Source of the DNA: Nocardioidaceae bacterium
GTDB lineage: Bacteria; Actinomycetota; Actinomycetes; Propionibacteriales; Nocardioidaceae
Reading direction: 5' to 3'
NCBI GenBank assembly: GCA_013697585.1
Contig: JACCWP010000026.1
Location: 1 to 51,699, forward strand
DNA length: 51,699 nucleotides
The position numbers and the translations under genes are program-made. The notes under the pieces were generated by a model, which did no database searches, had not been told where the DNA came from, and saw only the letters and a program-made list of their open reading frames with translations. This document shows, in pieces, positions 1-9,398 of this stretch; the first letter of the stretch is position 1, and every line of letters starts with the position of its first letter.

Positions 1-532
1 AGGGTTCGGCGAAGCACAGGTTGAGATGGACCGGACCTGGGTCTGCCGACAGTGCACCGGTCGCCGCCGCCACTGCCCGAGACACCAGCGCGCGCCACGC
101 CTGCGGTGCCGCCGGGTCACCGGCCGGTACGTCGGCCTGGAGTCGCACAGCCCCGCCGAACAGCCGAGCCTGGTCGGTGGTCTGGTTCGCGCCCGTGTCA
201 CGCAGCGCGGCCGGTCGATCGGCGGACAGCACCACGACGGGCACCCCGCTGTGGTGGGCCTCCAGCACCGCTGGGTGCAGGTGGGCGACGGCACTGCCCG
301 ACGTCGTGACGACCGGAACGGGCGTCCTGGACCCCCGCGCGAGCCCGAGGGCGAGGAAGCCCGCCGTACGCTCGTCGACGCGCACGTGCAGGCGCAACCG
401 TCCGGACGAGTCGGCGGCGTGCAACGCGAGCGCCAGCGGTGCGGAGCGGGAACCCGGGGCGGCCACCGCCTCTCGCACCCCGTGCCGGATCAGCTCGTCG
501 ATCACCAGCCGCGCCAGCTGGGTGGAGTTCAC
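1..532 (-). CDS. menD: SEPHCHC synthase MenD (5' part, runs off the window)
   Basis: Not in the ORF track. Manual translation from GTG at 532 gives VNSTQLARLVIDELIRHGVREAVAAPGSRSAPLAL...HVRVDERTAGFLALG...TTSGSAVAHLHPAVLEA...LSADRP...GANQT...GPVHLNLCFAEP, which are classic MenD motifs. GTGA overlap with the menC stop. Confidence 0.93.
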   Translation of the reverse strand, partial: MNSTQLARLVIDELIRHGVREAVAAPGSRSAPLALALHAADSSGRLRLHVRVDERTAGFLALGLARGSRTPVPVVTTSGSAVAHLHPAVLEAHHSGVPVVVLSADRPAALRDTGANQTTDQARLFGGAVRLQADVPAGDPAAPQAWRALVSRAVAAATGALSADPGPVHLNLCFAEP

Positions 533-1497
533 GGCCGGCTCCGCTCGGCCCGCGGCTGCGTCTCGGCCGTGCGCGCCGCGCCAGCCCGGTCGGCCCAGCG
601 ACGGGTGGTGGCGGTGTCGGCCCCGACGGCGCCGAGCGCCGCCGCGTCGGGCGCCACCCGGCGCACCGCGAGCATGCCGTCGACCGGCGCCAGCGGCGCC
701 GCGGTGACATCGCGGCTGAACATGACGGCTGTGCCGAGGCCGCATGCAAATGGCAGCTCGGGCAGTGCGGCGGCCAGGGCCACACCGGCCGCGAGCCCGA
801 CCGACGACTCCAGCGCCGACGAGACGACGACCGGCAGCCCGATCCGGTCGGCGATGACGAGGCAGGTCGCCACACCGCCGAGCGGAGCGACCTTGAGCAC
901 CGCGATGTCAGCGGCGTCCAGGGCAGCCACCCGGTACGGGTCGTCCGCACGCCGGATCGACTCGTCGGCGGCGATCGGCACGCCGACGCGGCGGCGCACG
1001 GCCGCCAGCTCCTCGACGGACGCGCACGGCTGCTCGACGTACTCCAGTCCGTGCGCCGCGGCCTCGAGCCGCCGGATCGCGGGCACGGCGGTGTCGACGT
1101 CCCAGCCGCCGTTGGCGTCCACCCGGATCCGCCCGGTGGGCCCGAGCGCGTCACGCACCGCCTCGACCCGGACCACGTCGTCGTCGATCGACTGGCCGGG
1201 CTCGGCCACCTTGACCTTGGCGGTGCGGCAGCCGTGCGGAGCAGCGACGATCGCGGCGGCATGTTCTGGTCCGACGGCGGGCACCGTGCAGTTGACCGGC
1301 ACGGCGGAACGTATCGGGGCGGGCCAGCCGGTCTCGGCGGCCTCGACCGCCGCCAGCCACCAGGGTCGCGCCGCGTCCGAGTCATAGCCGTCGAACGGGC
1401 AGAAGTCCCCCCACCCGGCCGGACCCTCGATCAGCAGCCCCTCACGGATGGTGATGCCGCGGAACCGGTGGCGCATCGGCAGGGCGTAGACGTGCAC
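529..1497 (-). CDS. menC: o-succinylbenzoate synthase
   Basis: Enolase-superfamily motifs KVKVA, RVDANGGW, EYVEQP, ADES, LKVAPLGG. Adjacent to menD. Start moved to GTG 1497 (VHVYALPMRHRFRGIT). Confidence 0.92.
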   Translation of the reverse strand: MHVYALPMRHRFRGITIREGLLIEGPAGWGDFCPFDGYDSDAARPWWLAAVEAAETGWPAPIRSAVPVNCTVPAVGPEHAAAIVAAPHGCRTAKVKVAEPGQSIDDDVVRVEAVRDALGPTGRIRVDANGGWDVDTAVPAIRRLEAAAHGLEYVEQPCASVEELAAVRRRVGVPIAADESIRRADDPYRVAALDAADIAVLKVAPLGGVATCLVIADRIGLPVVVSSALESSVGLAAGVALAAALPELPFACGLGTAVMFSRDVTAAPLAPVDGMLAVRRVAPDAAALGAVGADTATTRRWADRAGAARTAETQPRAERSRP

Positions 1498-1538
1498 AGT
1501 GGCGGCAGCGTACGGGCCGCAGAGTCGCCGCACCTCAC

Positions 1539-4500
1539 TCAGTCGGGAAGCAGGCCGCGCCGACGGGCGATCGCAACGGCCTCGGTCCGTCCCCCGGCGG
1601 TGAGCTTGGTCAAGATGTTCGACACGTGGACGCTCACGGTCTTGGCGCTGATGTAGAGTTGCTGGGCCACCTCGCGGTTGCTGCGCCCCTGTGCCACGAG
1701 GGCGAGCACCTCACGCTCGCGGGGGGTGAGTGCGTCGTCGGGGCCTCGCGCCGGCTCGCGTGGGGGCGGGTCGTGGCCGAGGCTGCGCAGCTGCGCCAGC
1801 AGTGGCTGCGCGCCGAGGCGCCTTGCCGTCTGGCGAGCGACGTCGGCCAGGTCACGGGACTGGGGCTGGTCTCCGACCGCTCGCAGCACCGTCGCCAGCC
1901 GCCCCTGCGAGCGAGCCAGCTCGAAGGTGTGCGGGTAGCGCTCGAAGCCGGCGACGGCGTCGCGCCAGGCGCGTACGAGCACATCCTCGTCGGGGGCGGC
2001 GATGCCGGTGAGCCAACACAGCCGCAGGTGCTCTGCCCGCGAGCGGGCCAGCCAGGCATCACCCTCCGGGCCGCGAGGCCGACCACGCTTCACCAGCCGC
2101 TGCGCAGCCCTCGTGGCCGACTCGGCCAGCTCGTCACCGCGAACGGCCAGCGCGGTGCGCTCGCTTACTGCGGCCCGCGAGGTGTGGTTCGCGAGCTGAC
2201 CGAGCAGCAGCGCGCTGAGCCGTGTGCGCGCTTGGAAGTCGGGCTGTCCCCACAGCCTCGACACGCAGTCGACGGCATCGCAGTAGATCTCGGTGGCGGC
2301 AGCGATGTCTCCCGCATCGCCGTGCAGGTCGATCGCCGGACCTGTCGCCAGCACTGCGAGCATGCCGTCGCGCTCCCACCAGGGGCGCAGCTGCGCCAAC
2401 AGACCTCGCGCGGCCGCCTCCCCGCGGCCGGCCGGGACGGACAGACCCACCGCCGACAGCAGCGCCTCGGCGATGCCCGGCGGCAGCTGGCCCGCCACGT
2501 CGACGATTCGCATCGCGCCGTCCCAGTCGCCGCGCTGGTAGGCGACCAGCCCGGCGAGCATGCGGGCGTCGAGCCCGTAGGGCGACCATGGCATGCCGAG
2601 TGCCCGTGCACGCGCCGCGCCTGCGCTGTAGACATCGAAGGCCTCGTCGAGCCGACCCTGCTCGAGGTGCAGAGTCCCGAGCAGGCTGAGCCCGCGCAGC
2701 TCGGCCGGGTCGTTGCCGGCGCGCGCCTCGGTGATGACTCGTTCGAGGGATGCCCGAGACCTCTCCGGGTGGCCCGCGTGCTCCTGCAGGCGAGCGAGCG
2801 TGGCGGAGGTGTCGGCGACCACGCCCGGCAGCCGGAGGGACCGCGCCAGAGCCAGCGCCTCCTCGGCCCGCTGGGTTGCCTCCTCGTCACGCATCCGGGC
2901 GGCCAGCGCCCGGGCATGCAGACTGAGCAGCCGGCCGCGCAGCGCACTCGGTGGGTCGGCGGGCACCAGCTCTACGGCCTCCGTCGTCGTCGCGAGCGGG
3001 TCGACGCTGACGCTGTCGGTGACCATGGCAGCCAACGCGAGTGCATAGAGCAGCTGTGCTCGCTCGACCGGCGAGGCGTCGGTCGATCCGCGCGCCAACC
3101 GGTCCTGGACGAGGGCGATCGCCTGATCCGAGTGACCTGCGGCGGTGGCCGCCGCGCTGGCCTTGACTGTCAGGTCGACCACGTCGACCGGCTGGCCTGG
3201 CTGGTCGCCGCTCTGGCGGGCAGCGATGGCGTCGATGAGCTCGAGGGCCAGGCGGTAGTGGCTGAGCGACTCGTCCGGACCACCCAGCGACGATGCCTCG
3301 TCCCCGGCCAGGACGCTGGCCTGCAGCGCGGTTGCCGGGTCGTGGGCTGCCCGTGCGTGCCGGGCCAGCTCGGCAGCCGAGCCTGGCGCGTCGCGGTTGC
3401 TCAGAGCGCGTACGAAGGCTGCGTGCACGCGCACCCGCTCGCCGGGCAACAGGTCGTCATAGACGGCCTCGCCAAGCATCGCGTGGCGAAACGCATAGCT
3501 GTCTGCGCCTGCCGGCACCAGGACGTTGCCCTCGACGGCGGCGCGCACACCGGCCTCCAGCTCGGCGTCGCTCACACCGGCGACCTGGACGAGCAGGTCG
3601 TGGGTGATGCCGCGGCCCGCGGCCGAGGCGACCCTGACGACCTGCCGAGCGCTGTCGTCGAGCTGGTCGACCCGGACCAGCAGCAGGCCGGCGAGGTCGC
3701 GCGGCACCGCGCCTCCCACCAGCGCGGTCGCGGCGACCAGCTCCTCGGCAAAGAAGGCGTTGCCTTCAGCCCGGTCGACGACTGCGTGCACCTCGCTCTC
3801 GCGCCAGGGGCTGGGGTGCAGGGTCCTGACCAGGTCGCGCACCTCGCGGTCAGGCAGGGGCCCGAGGTCGACCCGCTGCACGCCGGGGAGCCGCGCCCAC
3901 TGGGCAGCCGTCGCGCGCAGCGGGTGGCGGCGGTGCAGGTCGTCACTGCGATAGGACGCCACCACCGACACGGGTCCAGCGAAACCCCGCGTGAACCAGA
4001 ACGTCAGGAGGTCGCGGGTCGACTGGTCGGCCCAGTGCACGTCCTCGACCACGACGAGCAGGGACGCCTCCACGGCGATGGCCTCGAGGCCGGCATGGAT
4101 CGCCGCGAACAGCTCGCCGCGATCGGCTTGGTGCGTCGACTCGCCGGTGGCGGGCCGGTGCGCTGGCATCACCCGCAGCAGCGGTGGGAAGGCTGCGGCG
4201 ACCCGGTCCGCCAGCTCGGGTGCCTCCGCGTCGAGCCTGGCGAACAGCTCGGTGACCGGCAGGTAGGGCGGTGCCGTGTCACCGAAGTCGAGACAGTGCC
4301 CGACGAGCACCCGCCAGCCGGACTCGGCGGCCCGCGCTCGTACGGCGGCGAGCAGCCTGGTCTTGCCGATCCCGGCCTCGCCGGACAGCAGCACCGATCG
4401 ACGGACCGGATCGGCGAGGCGCTCGGCAGCCGCCGTGCCGGGCGCGGGATCGCGTCCGTCGCCGCCGGGCAGACCGGCGAGCCGGGCCAACCTGGCCAGC

Positions 4501-4550
4501 TCGTCGGCCCGCCCGACCAGTCGCGTGCGGGTGGGCAGGTCGAGCGGCAC
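1539..4550 (-). CDS. Large ATP-binding LuxR-family (AAA/STAND-helical-HTH) transcriptional regulator
   Basis: Walker A GEAGIGKT, Walker B VVVVEDVHWAD, GNAFFAEEL, FRHAML, helical middle region, C-terminal LuxR HTH LTPREREVLALVAQGRSNREVAQQLYISAKTVSVHVSNIL. Start uncertain (4562, 4559 or 4550); CATGAT 7 nt before GTG 4550 favours 4550. Confidence 0.9.
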   Translation of the reverse strand: MPLDLPTRTRLVGRADELARLARLAGLPGGDGRDPAPGTAAAERLADPVRRSVLLSGEAGIGKTRLLAAVRARAAESGWRVLVGHCLDFGDTAPPYLPVTELFARLDAEAPELADRVAAAFPPLLRVMPAHRPATGESTHQADRGELFAAIHAGLEAIAVEASLLVVVEDVHWADQSTRDLLTFWFTRGFAGPVSVVASYRSDDLHRRHPLRATAAQWARLPGVQRVDLGPLPDREVRDLVRTLHPSPWRESEVHAVVDRAEGNAFFAEELVAATALVGGAVPRDLAGLLLVRVDQLDDSARQVVRVASAAGRGITHDLLVQVAGVSDAELEAGVRAAVEGNVLVPAGADSYAFRHAMLGEAVYDDLLPGERVRVHAAFVRALSNRDAPGSAAELARHARAAHDPATALQASVLAGDEASSLGGPDESLSHYRLALELIDAIAARQSGDQPGQPVDVVDLTVKASAAATAAGHSDQAIALVQDRLARGSTDASPVERAQLLYALALAAMVTDSVSVDPLATTTEAVELVPADPPSALRGRLLSLHARALAARMRDEEATQRAEEALALARSLRLPGVVADTSATLARLQEHAGHPERSRASLERVITEARAGNDPAELRGLSLLGTLHLEQGRLDEAFDVYSAGAARARALGMPWSPYGLDARMLAGLVAYQRGDWDGAMRIVDVAGQLPPGIAEALLSAVGLSVPAGRGEAAARGLLAQLRPWWERDGMLAVLATGPAIDLHGDAGDIAAATEIYCDAVDCVSRLWGQPDFQARTRLSALLLGQLANHTSRAAVSERTALAVRGDELAESATRAAQRLVKRGRPRGPEGDAWLARSRAEHLRLCWLTGIAAPDEDVLVRAWRDAVAGFERYPHTFELARSQGRLATVLRAVGDQPQSRDLADVARQTARRLGAQPLLAQLRSLGHDPPPREPARGPDDALTPREREVLALVAQGRSNREVAQQLYISAKTVSVHVSNILTKLTAGGRTEAVAIARRRGLLPD

Positions 4551-4603
4551 GCGGATCATCATGTCCGACGGCGCCGACGGCTCGGCGCTGTCGGTGACCG
4601 CGC

Positions 4604-4768
4604 TCAGTGGGTCACGACGCCACGGTGGACGATCCGGCGCACGGGCGCCGCGAACGCCTGCAAGGGCCGCCGCCGGCGGCGGACTGGGCCGGCCGCCCCC
4701 CGATCGGCGATCAGGCGCTCGCGACGGTAGGCCAGCTCAGCGGACAGGAACGGCTCGCTCATGGACAT
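4604..4768 (-). CDS. Small 54-aa hypothetical protein upstream of the LuxR regulator
   Basis: Strong SD AAGGAGA 6 nt before ATG 4768; MSMSEPFLSAELAYRRERLIADRG...; fills the gap between menE and the regulator. Confidence 0.65.
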   Translation of the reverse strand: MSMSEPFLSAELAYRRERLIADRGAAGPVRRRRRPLQAFAAPVRRIVHRGVVTH

Positions 4769-4853
4769 CTCGGGTCTCCTTGCACGGATCGTCTGGTGTT
4801 CGACGTGATCCAGGCTGTCCGGCTGAGGACCCTGCACACATGGGGAGAACGTC

Positions 4854-5930
4854 CTATCTCTGGTTCGGCGCCCCCTCAGATGCGAGCCGGCTCAGACTCA
4901 GCCGGTCGAGCTTGTGTCCGGCCAGTCGAGGCAGCGCATCGACGACGACGAGCTCGCGGGGTGCCCAGCTGCGGGGGACGGTGGAGGCAACGTGGTCGCG
5001 CAGCTCGGCGAGCGTCGCCGCCGCGCCGCGGGGGACCACGACGGCGACGACCCGCTGTCCCCACTCGCGGTCGTCGACCGCGACAGCCGCCGCCTCGGCG
5101 ACCGTCGGGTGCGTACGGATGGCACCCTCGACGGTGGTCAGGTGCACCGACACGCCGCCGCTGAGCACCATGTCGTCTGCGCGGCCGGTCACGACCAGCC
5201 TCCCCTCGTCGTCGAGCCGGCCAAGGTCGCGGGTGCACAACCACCCTTCCCGCAGCACCGCAGCGGTTGCTGCCTCGTCGCCCGCGTAGCCGTCGAAGAG
5301 CATCGGCCCGGCCAGGTGGATGCGCCCATCGGCCGCGACCCGCACCGCCACGCCGTCGAGCCCCAGGCCGTCGTAGACGCAGCCGCCGCTGGTCTCGGTC
5401 ATCCCATACGTCGTGACGACGCGCACCCCCGCAGCCCGTGCCCGGTCGAGCAGGCTCAGCTCGGTCGGCGCGCCCCCGACGAGCACAGCATCGAAGCCCG
5501 CCAGCGAGCCGAGCGTCCCGGCCCGGTCGTGTCGGTACAGCTGGGTAGGCACCAGCGAGGTGTATGCACGCGTCCCCCTGGCGAACCCCGCGCGCTCCTC
5601 GGACCGTGCGCCGACCACGACTGGTTCGGTGCCCCCCAGCAGCGAACGAACCAGCACCTGGAGCCCCGCCACCGTGGCAACCGGCAGGTCGAGCACCCAC
5701 CGCCCTGCCCCGCCCAGCCGGTCTAGGCTTGCCGACGCCGACGCCGACAGCGCAGCGTGCGACAAGGCGACGTCCTTGGGCGCGCCGGAGGAACCGGACG
5801 TGCGCACCACGACCGGGCCGTCGGGGTCGTCCCACCAGGTGCGCAAGGCAGCCCAGACCTCGGCGTACGTCCCGGTCACCGGTCGCAGCGGGTGCAGACC
5901 CGACGCGGGAACGGACACGCGAGAGGGCAC
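4854..5930 (-). CDS. menE: o-succinylbenzoate--CoA ligase (short actinobacterial form)
   Basis: Adenylate-forming motifs TSGSSGAPK, SLVPTQL, TYGMTET, TRDLG, GRADD. Context of men genes. Confidence 0.88.
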   Translation of the reverse strand: MPSRVSVPASGLHPLRPVTGTYAEVWAALRTWWDDPDGPVVVRTSGSSGAPKDVALSHAALSASASASLDRLGGAGRWVLDLPVATVAGLQVLVRSLLGGTEPVVVGARSEERAGFARGTRAYTSLVPTQLYRHDRAGTLGSLAGFDAVLVGGAPTELSLLDRARAAGVRVVTTYGMTETSGGCVYDGLGLDGVAVRVAADGRIHLAGPMLFDGYAGDEAATAAVLREGWLCTRDLGRLDDEGRLVVTGRADDMVLSGGVSVHLTTVEGAIRTHPTVAEAAAVAVDDREWGQRVVAVVVPRGAAATLAELRDHVASTVPRSWAPRELVVVDALPRLAGHKLDRLSLSRLASEGAPNQR

Positions 5931-5969
5931 GACGCTCAGGCTAGGCCGTGACTGGGAGGATCCCGTCTC

Positions 5970-6842
5970 GTGGTGTCGGTGCGCGACTGGGTCGACGGGG
6001 CTCGGCCGCGTACCCTCCCGGCCGCGGTCGCCCCCGTTGCTGCCGGGACGGGTGCCGCTGCCTACGACGACGGAGTCGTCTGGTGGAAGGCTCTGCTCGC
6101 CCTGGTGGTGGCACTGGCGCTGCAGGTGGGCGTCAACTTCGCCAACGACTACTCAGACGGGGTGCGAGGCACCGATGCCGACCGGGTCGGCCCACGACGT
6201 CTGGTCGGCTCGGGCTCGGTTGCGCCGGCAGTGGTGCGGACTGCGGCGCTCGGCGGGTTCGCGGTGGGTGCACTGGCCGGCCTGGTGCTCGCCGCGACCA
6301 GCGGCTGGTGGCTGCTCGGGGTGGGGGCTGCCGCGATCGCCGCAGCGTGGTTCTACACCGGCGGATCACGTCCCTACGGCTACCACGGGCTCGGTGAGGT
6401 CACCTGCTTTGTCTTCTTCGGCCTGGTGGCGGTCTGCGGCACGACGTACGTCCAGCTCGGCCAGGTGACGGTTCCGAGCCTGCTCGCAGCGATCGGCGCC
6501 GGTGCGCTGGCCTGTGTGCTGCTGGTGGCCAACAACCTGCGCGACATCCCGACGGACCGGGTCGCCGGCAAGCGCACGCTGGCCGTCCTGCTCGACGACC
6601 GCGGCACCCGCGGCCTCTTTGTCGCTCTGATGCTGGTCGCCGTGGCCGTCCCCGTGCTGCTCGCGGGCACGACGTCGTGGGTGCTGCTGGCCGCGCTGGC
6701 GCTGCCGGTGATCGTCCGCGCGTCCCGACCCGTGCTCGCGGGCGCCGCCGGCTCCGCACTGATCCCGGTGCTGCGCGACTCGGCTCTGGCCCAGCTGGTG
6801 TGGGCCCTCGGCCTGGGCTTGGGGCTGGCGCTCGGCGGCTGA
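5970..6842 (+). CDS. menA: 1,4-dihydroxy-2-naphthoate polyprenyltransferase
   Basis: GARPRTLPA, NFANDYSDGVRGTD, YTGGSRPYGY.GLGE, NNLRDIPTD...GKRTLAV; multi-TM. Confidence 0.95.
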   Translation: MVSVRDWVDGARPRTLPAAVAPVAAGTGAAAYDDGVVWWKALLALVVALALQVGVNFANDYSDGVRGTDADRVGPRRLVGSGSVAPAVVRTAALGGFAVGALAGLVLAATSGWWLLGVGAAAIAAAWFYTGGSRPYGYHGLGEVTCFVFFGLVAVCGTTYVQLGQVTVPSLLAAIGAGALACVLLVANNLRDIPTDRVAGKRTLAVLLDDRGTRGLFVALMLVAVAVPVLLAGTTSWVLLAALALPVIVRASRPVLAGAAGSALIPVLRDSALAQLVWALGLGLGLALGG

Positions 6843-6854
6843 CCCCCTAGCTAG

Positions 6855-7118
6855 CTAGTGGTCCTCGGCCCGCCTGGCGTCGTCGAACTGGCTCCGCAAC
6901 CGACGAGCACGGGCGTCGATGTCATGGGCGAGCGCGTCGCGCAGCCCGCCAAGCAGCCAGTACGACACCACAGCCGACACGACCAGCGCCACCAGTGCGG
7001 TCCAGAGCACCGTCAGCTGGTCCCAGGTGAGCCAGGCGAAGGCGACCGCCCAGACCAGCCCGAACGCAACGACGAAGATGCCCAGCCGAGCCACCGAGTA
7101 GAGCGCGAAGGTCCTCAC
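6855..7118 (-). CDS. DUF4229-like small membrane protein
   Basis: YSVARLG...two TM helices...SYWLL..LRD...AED C-terminus. Usual position convergent with menA. Confidence 0.75.
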   Translation of the reverse strand: MRTFALYSVARLGIFVVAFGLVWAVAFAWLTWDQLTVLWTALVALVVSAVVSYWLLGGLRDALAHDIDARARRLRSQFDDARRAEDH

Positions 7119-8062
7119 TGCGAGCCCAGCAGCTCACTCAGCAGCGCTGGGTCGATGTTGCCACCGGAGACGACGACGACCGTGCGGCCCCGGGCGAGCC
7201 CGCTGTGCTCGCGCAGCGCGGCCAGTGGCACGGCCCCGCTCGGCTCGACCACCAACCGGGAGCGCGAGACCAGCTCGCGGGTCGCGGCGAGGATCGCGTC
7301 CTCGGAGACCGTGACGATGTCGTCGACGTGCTGCTGGATCAGCGGCCAGCTCAGCTGGCCCAGTGCCGGGACCCGCAGGCCGTCGGCACGGGTGCGGGTG
7401 GTGGAGGCGCTGTCCCAGGCGGTCAGCACGCCGGTTCGGAAGCTGTCGGCGGCGTCGCCGGCCAGCGCGGGCTCGCAGCCGATCACGCGGGCGTGCGGGG
7501 CGAGCGCCTTGACAGCGACGGCGACACCGGCGATCAGACCGCCCCCACCGACGGGCACCAGCACGGTCTCGACGTCGGACAGGTCGGCGCAGATCTCGAG
7601 GCCTACCGTGCCCTGGCCGGCGATCACGTCGGAGTGGTCGAAGGGCGGCACCTCGACGGCACCGGTGCTGGTCGCGATCTCGGCAGACGTGGTCACCCGG
7701 TCCTGCATCGGCACCGGTACCAGCTCGGCCCCCGCGGCGCGAATGGCGTCGACCTTGAGCGGGTTGGCGCCGAGCGGCACGACGATCGTGGCCGGCACAC
7801 CCGCTGCGCGGGCGGCGTGCGCCAACGCCCAGCCATGGTTGCCGGACGAGTGAGTCACCACACCGCGCGCACGCTCGCCGGCGTCGAGGCGAGCCACGGC
7901 GTTCGTGGCGCCGCGGAGCTTGAACGCGCCGGTCGGCTGCAGGCACTCGGGCTTGAGCCACAGCGGGCCTGCGTCAGCCCACGGCGCCGGCAGCAGCGGC
8001 GTGCACACGCATCGGCCCGCGATCCGCTCGGCCGCGGCCCGTACGTCATCGAAGCTCACCAC
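7115..8062 (-). CDS. PLP-dependent serine/threonine dehydratase-family protein (no regulatory domain)
   Basis: LKPECLQPTGAFKLRGA (PLP lysine), SSGNHG, GQGTVGLEI, VPVGGGGL, EPSGA, SGGN. Confidence 0.9.
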   Translation of the reverse strand: MVSFDDVRAAAERIAGRCVCTPLLPAPWADAGPLWLKPECLQPTGAFKLRGATNAVARLDAGERARGVVTHSSGNHGWALAHAARAAGVPATIVVPLGANPLKVDAIRAAGAELVPVPMQDRVTTSAEIATSTGAVEVPPFDHSDVIAGQGTVGLEICADLSDVETVLVPVGGGGLIAGVAVAVKALAPHARVIGCEPALAGDAADSFRTGVLTAWDSASTTRTRADGLRVPALGQLSWPLIQQHVDDIVTVSEDAILAATRELVSRSRLVVEPSGAVPLAALREHSGLARGRTVVVVSGGNIDPALLSELLGSQ

Positions 8063-8123
8063 GTCGTCAGCGTGCCAGAACGATCGACGCGCCTGCGTCG
8101 CGGTGGCGACCTACGCTGGAGTG

Positions 8124-8435
8124 GTGCTGAAGGCGCTGGCGGTCGTGGTCGCGGTGGGACTCACCGTCTATTGCCTGTTCGACGTGCGCAGCAGCGCCAG
8201 CCACCTGGTGCGCCAGCTGCCTCGGGCCATGTGGTTCGTGGTCGTGCTGGTGCCGGTGGCAGGCCCGCTCGCCTGGCTGATGGTCGGCCGCCCGCAGCGC
8301 CGCCGGCCCGGGCCGACCCCGAAACCGGGACGGGTCGTCGGGCCCGATGACGACCCCGACTTCCTGTGGGAGATCGAGCGACGTCGCCGGCGCCGGCCGC
8401 CGGGCGGTGACGACCCACACCCGCGCGCCGGTTGA
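8124..8435 (+). CDS. PLD nuclease N-terminal (PLDc_N) domain small membrane protein
   Basis: YCLFDV...LPRAMW..VVLVPVAGPLAWLMVGRP...GPDDDPDFL. 3' part of ORF 7905..8435; TACGCT 6 nt before GTG 8124. Confidence 0.8.
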   Translation: MLKALAVVVAVGLTVYCLFDVRSSASHLVRQLPRAMWFVVVLVPVAGPLAWLMVGRPQRRRPGPTPKPGRVVGPDDDPDFLWEIERRRRRRPPGGDDPHPRAG

Positions 8436-8444
8436 CCCTAGGCC

Positions 8445-9398
8445 TCAGAAGGCATAGGAGTGCAGGCCGCCGACGAACAGGTTGACGCCGACGAAGTTGA
8501 ACAGGAACGTCGCAAACCCGACGAGAGCGAGCACGGCGGCGCCCTTGCCGCGCCAGCCGGCGGTCGCGCGGGCGTGCAGATAGCCGGCATAGACCACGAA
8601 GGTGATGAACGCCCAGACCTCCTTGGGATCCCAGCCCCAGTAGCGTCCCCACGCGGCTTGCGCCCAGATCGGGCCGGCGATCAGCGCGGCGAACGTCCAG
8701 ACCGGGAACGCGAACGCGTGCACGCGGTATGCCAACCGGTCCATCGCCTCCGTCGCCGGCAGCCTGCCCAGGACGCCCCGCTGGCCCGAGCCTGGTGAGC
8801 GCCGCTCGGCCCGCTCCTTGACCAGGAAGGCGGCCGAGGCGCCGGCGCCCACCACGAACGCTCCACCTGCGAGCACGGCCGCGGCGACGTGCACCACCAG
8901 CCAGTACGAGTTCAGGGCGGGTACGACCGGCCCCGCAGGCACGTAGACGAGGATCGACAAGCCCAGCACGCTCACGCAGAACCCGGTCACGACTGACCCC
9001 AGCCAGCCGATGCCAGCCCGCGCCACCAGCACGAGGTAGACGAGGCAGACGACGAGCGCGCCAGTCACGGCGAACTCGTACATGTTCCCCCAGGGCGCCC
9101 GACCGGCCGCCAGCCCGCGAGCGAGCACTCCGGCGGCGAGCAGCGCGGCGCCGAGGACGGTGAGGGACAGCCCGATGCCGGCGAGCCGGTCGCTGCGGGA
9201 CGCCCCGTTCGCGGCGCGGGAGGCGGCAGTCGACGGTGTCGCTGACGGGACGGCTCCGACGTGCATGGGCTCGCGCGGTGTCGTCACCTCGCGGGCGAAC
9301 GCCCACTCGGCGAGGTAGGCAACGCAGCCCAGCGCGAGTGCGATGGCAGCGGACGCGACAGCCACGTTGGAGAGCTGGGCCAGGGCCTCGCTGTTCAC
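8445..9398 (-). CDS. ccsB: Cytochrome c biogenesis protein CcsB (ResC/CcsA family)
   Basis: PWGNMYEF, SYWLVVHV, WWD motif WAQAAWGRYWGWDPKEVW, GLHSYA end. Confidence 0.95.
   Translation of the reverse strand: MNSEALAQLSNVAVASAAIALALGCVAYLAEWAFAREVTTPREPMHVGAVPSATPSTAASRAANGASRSDRLAGIGLSLTVLGAALLAAGVLARGLAAGRAPWGNMYEFAVTGALVVCLVYLVLVARAGIGWLGSVVTGFCVSVLGLSILVYVPAGPVVPALNSYWLVVHVAAAVLAGGAFVVGAGASAAFLVKERAERRSPGSGQRGVLGRLPATEAMDRLAYRVHAFAFPVWTFAALIAGPIWAQAAWGRYWGWDPKEVWAFITFVVYAGYLHARATAGWRGKGAAVLALVGFATFLFNFVGVNLFVGGLHSYAF

Noticed and set aside
4558..4579. CGTCGG-N10-CATGAT upstream of the LuxR regulator as a PafBC-type promoter
   Set aside because: Two mismatches to TGTCGG-N10-TANNNT in very GC-rich sequence; too weak to call without conservation data.
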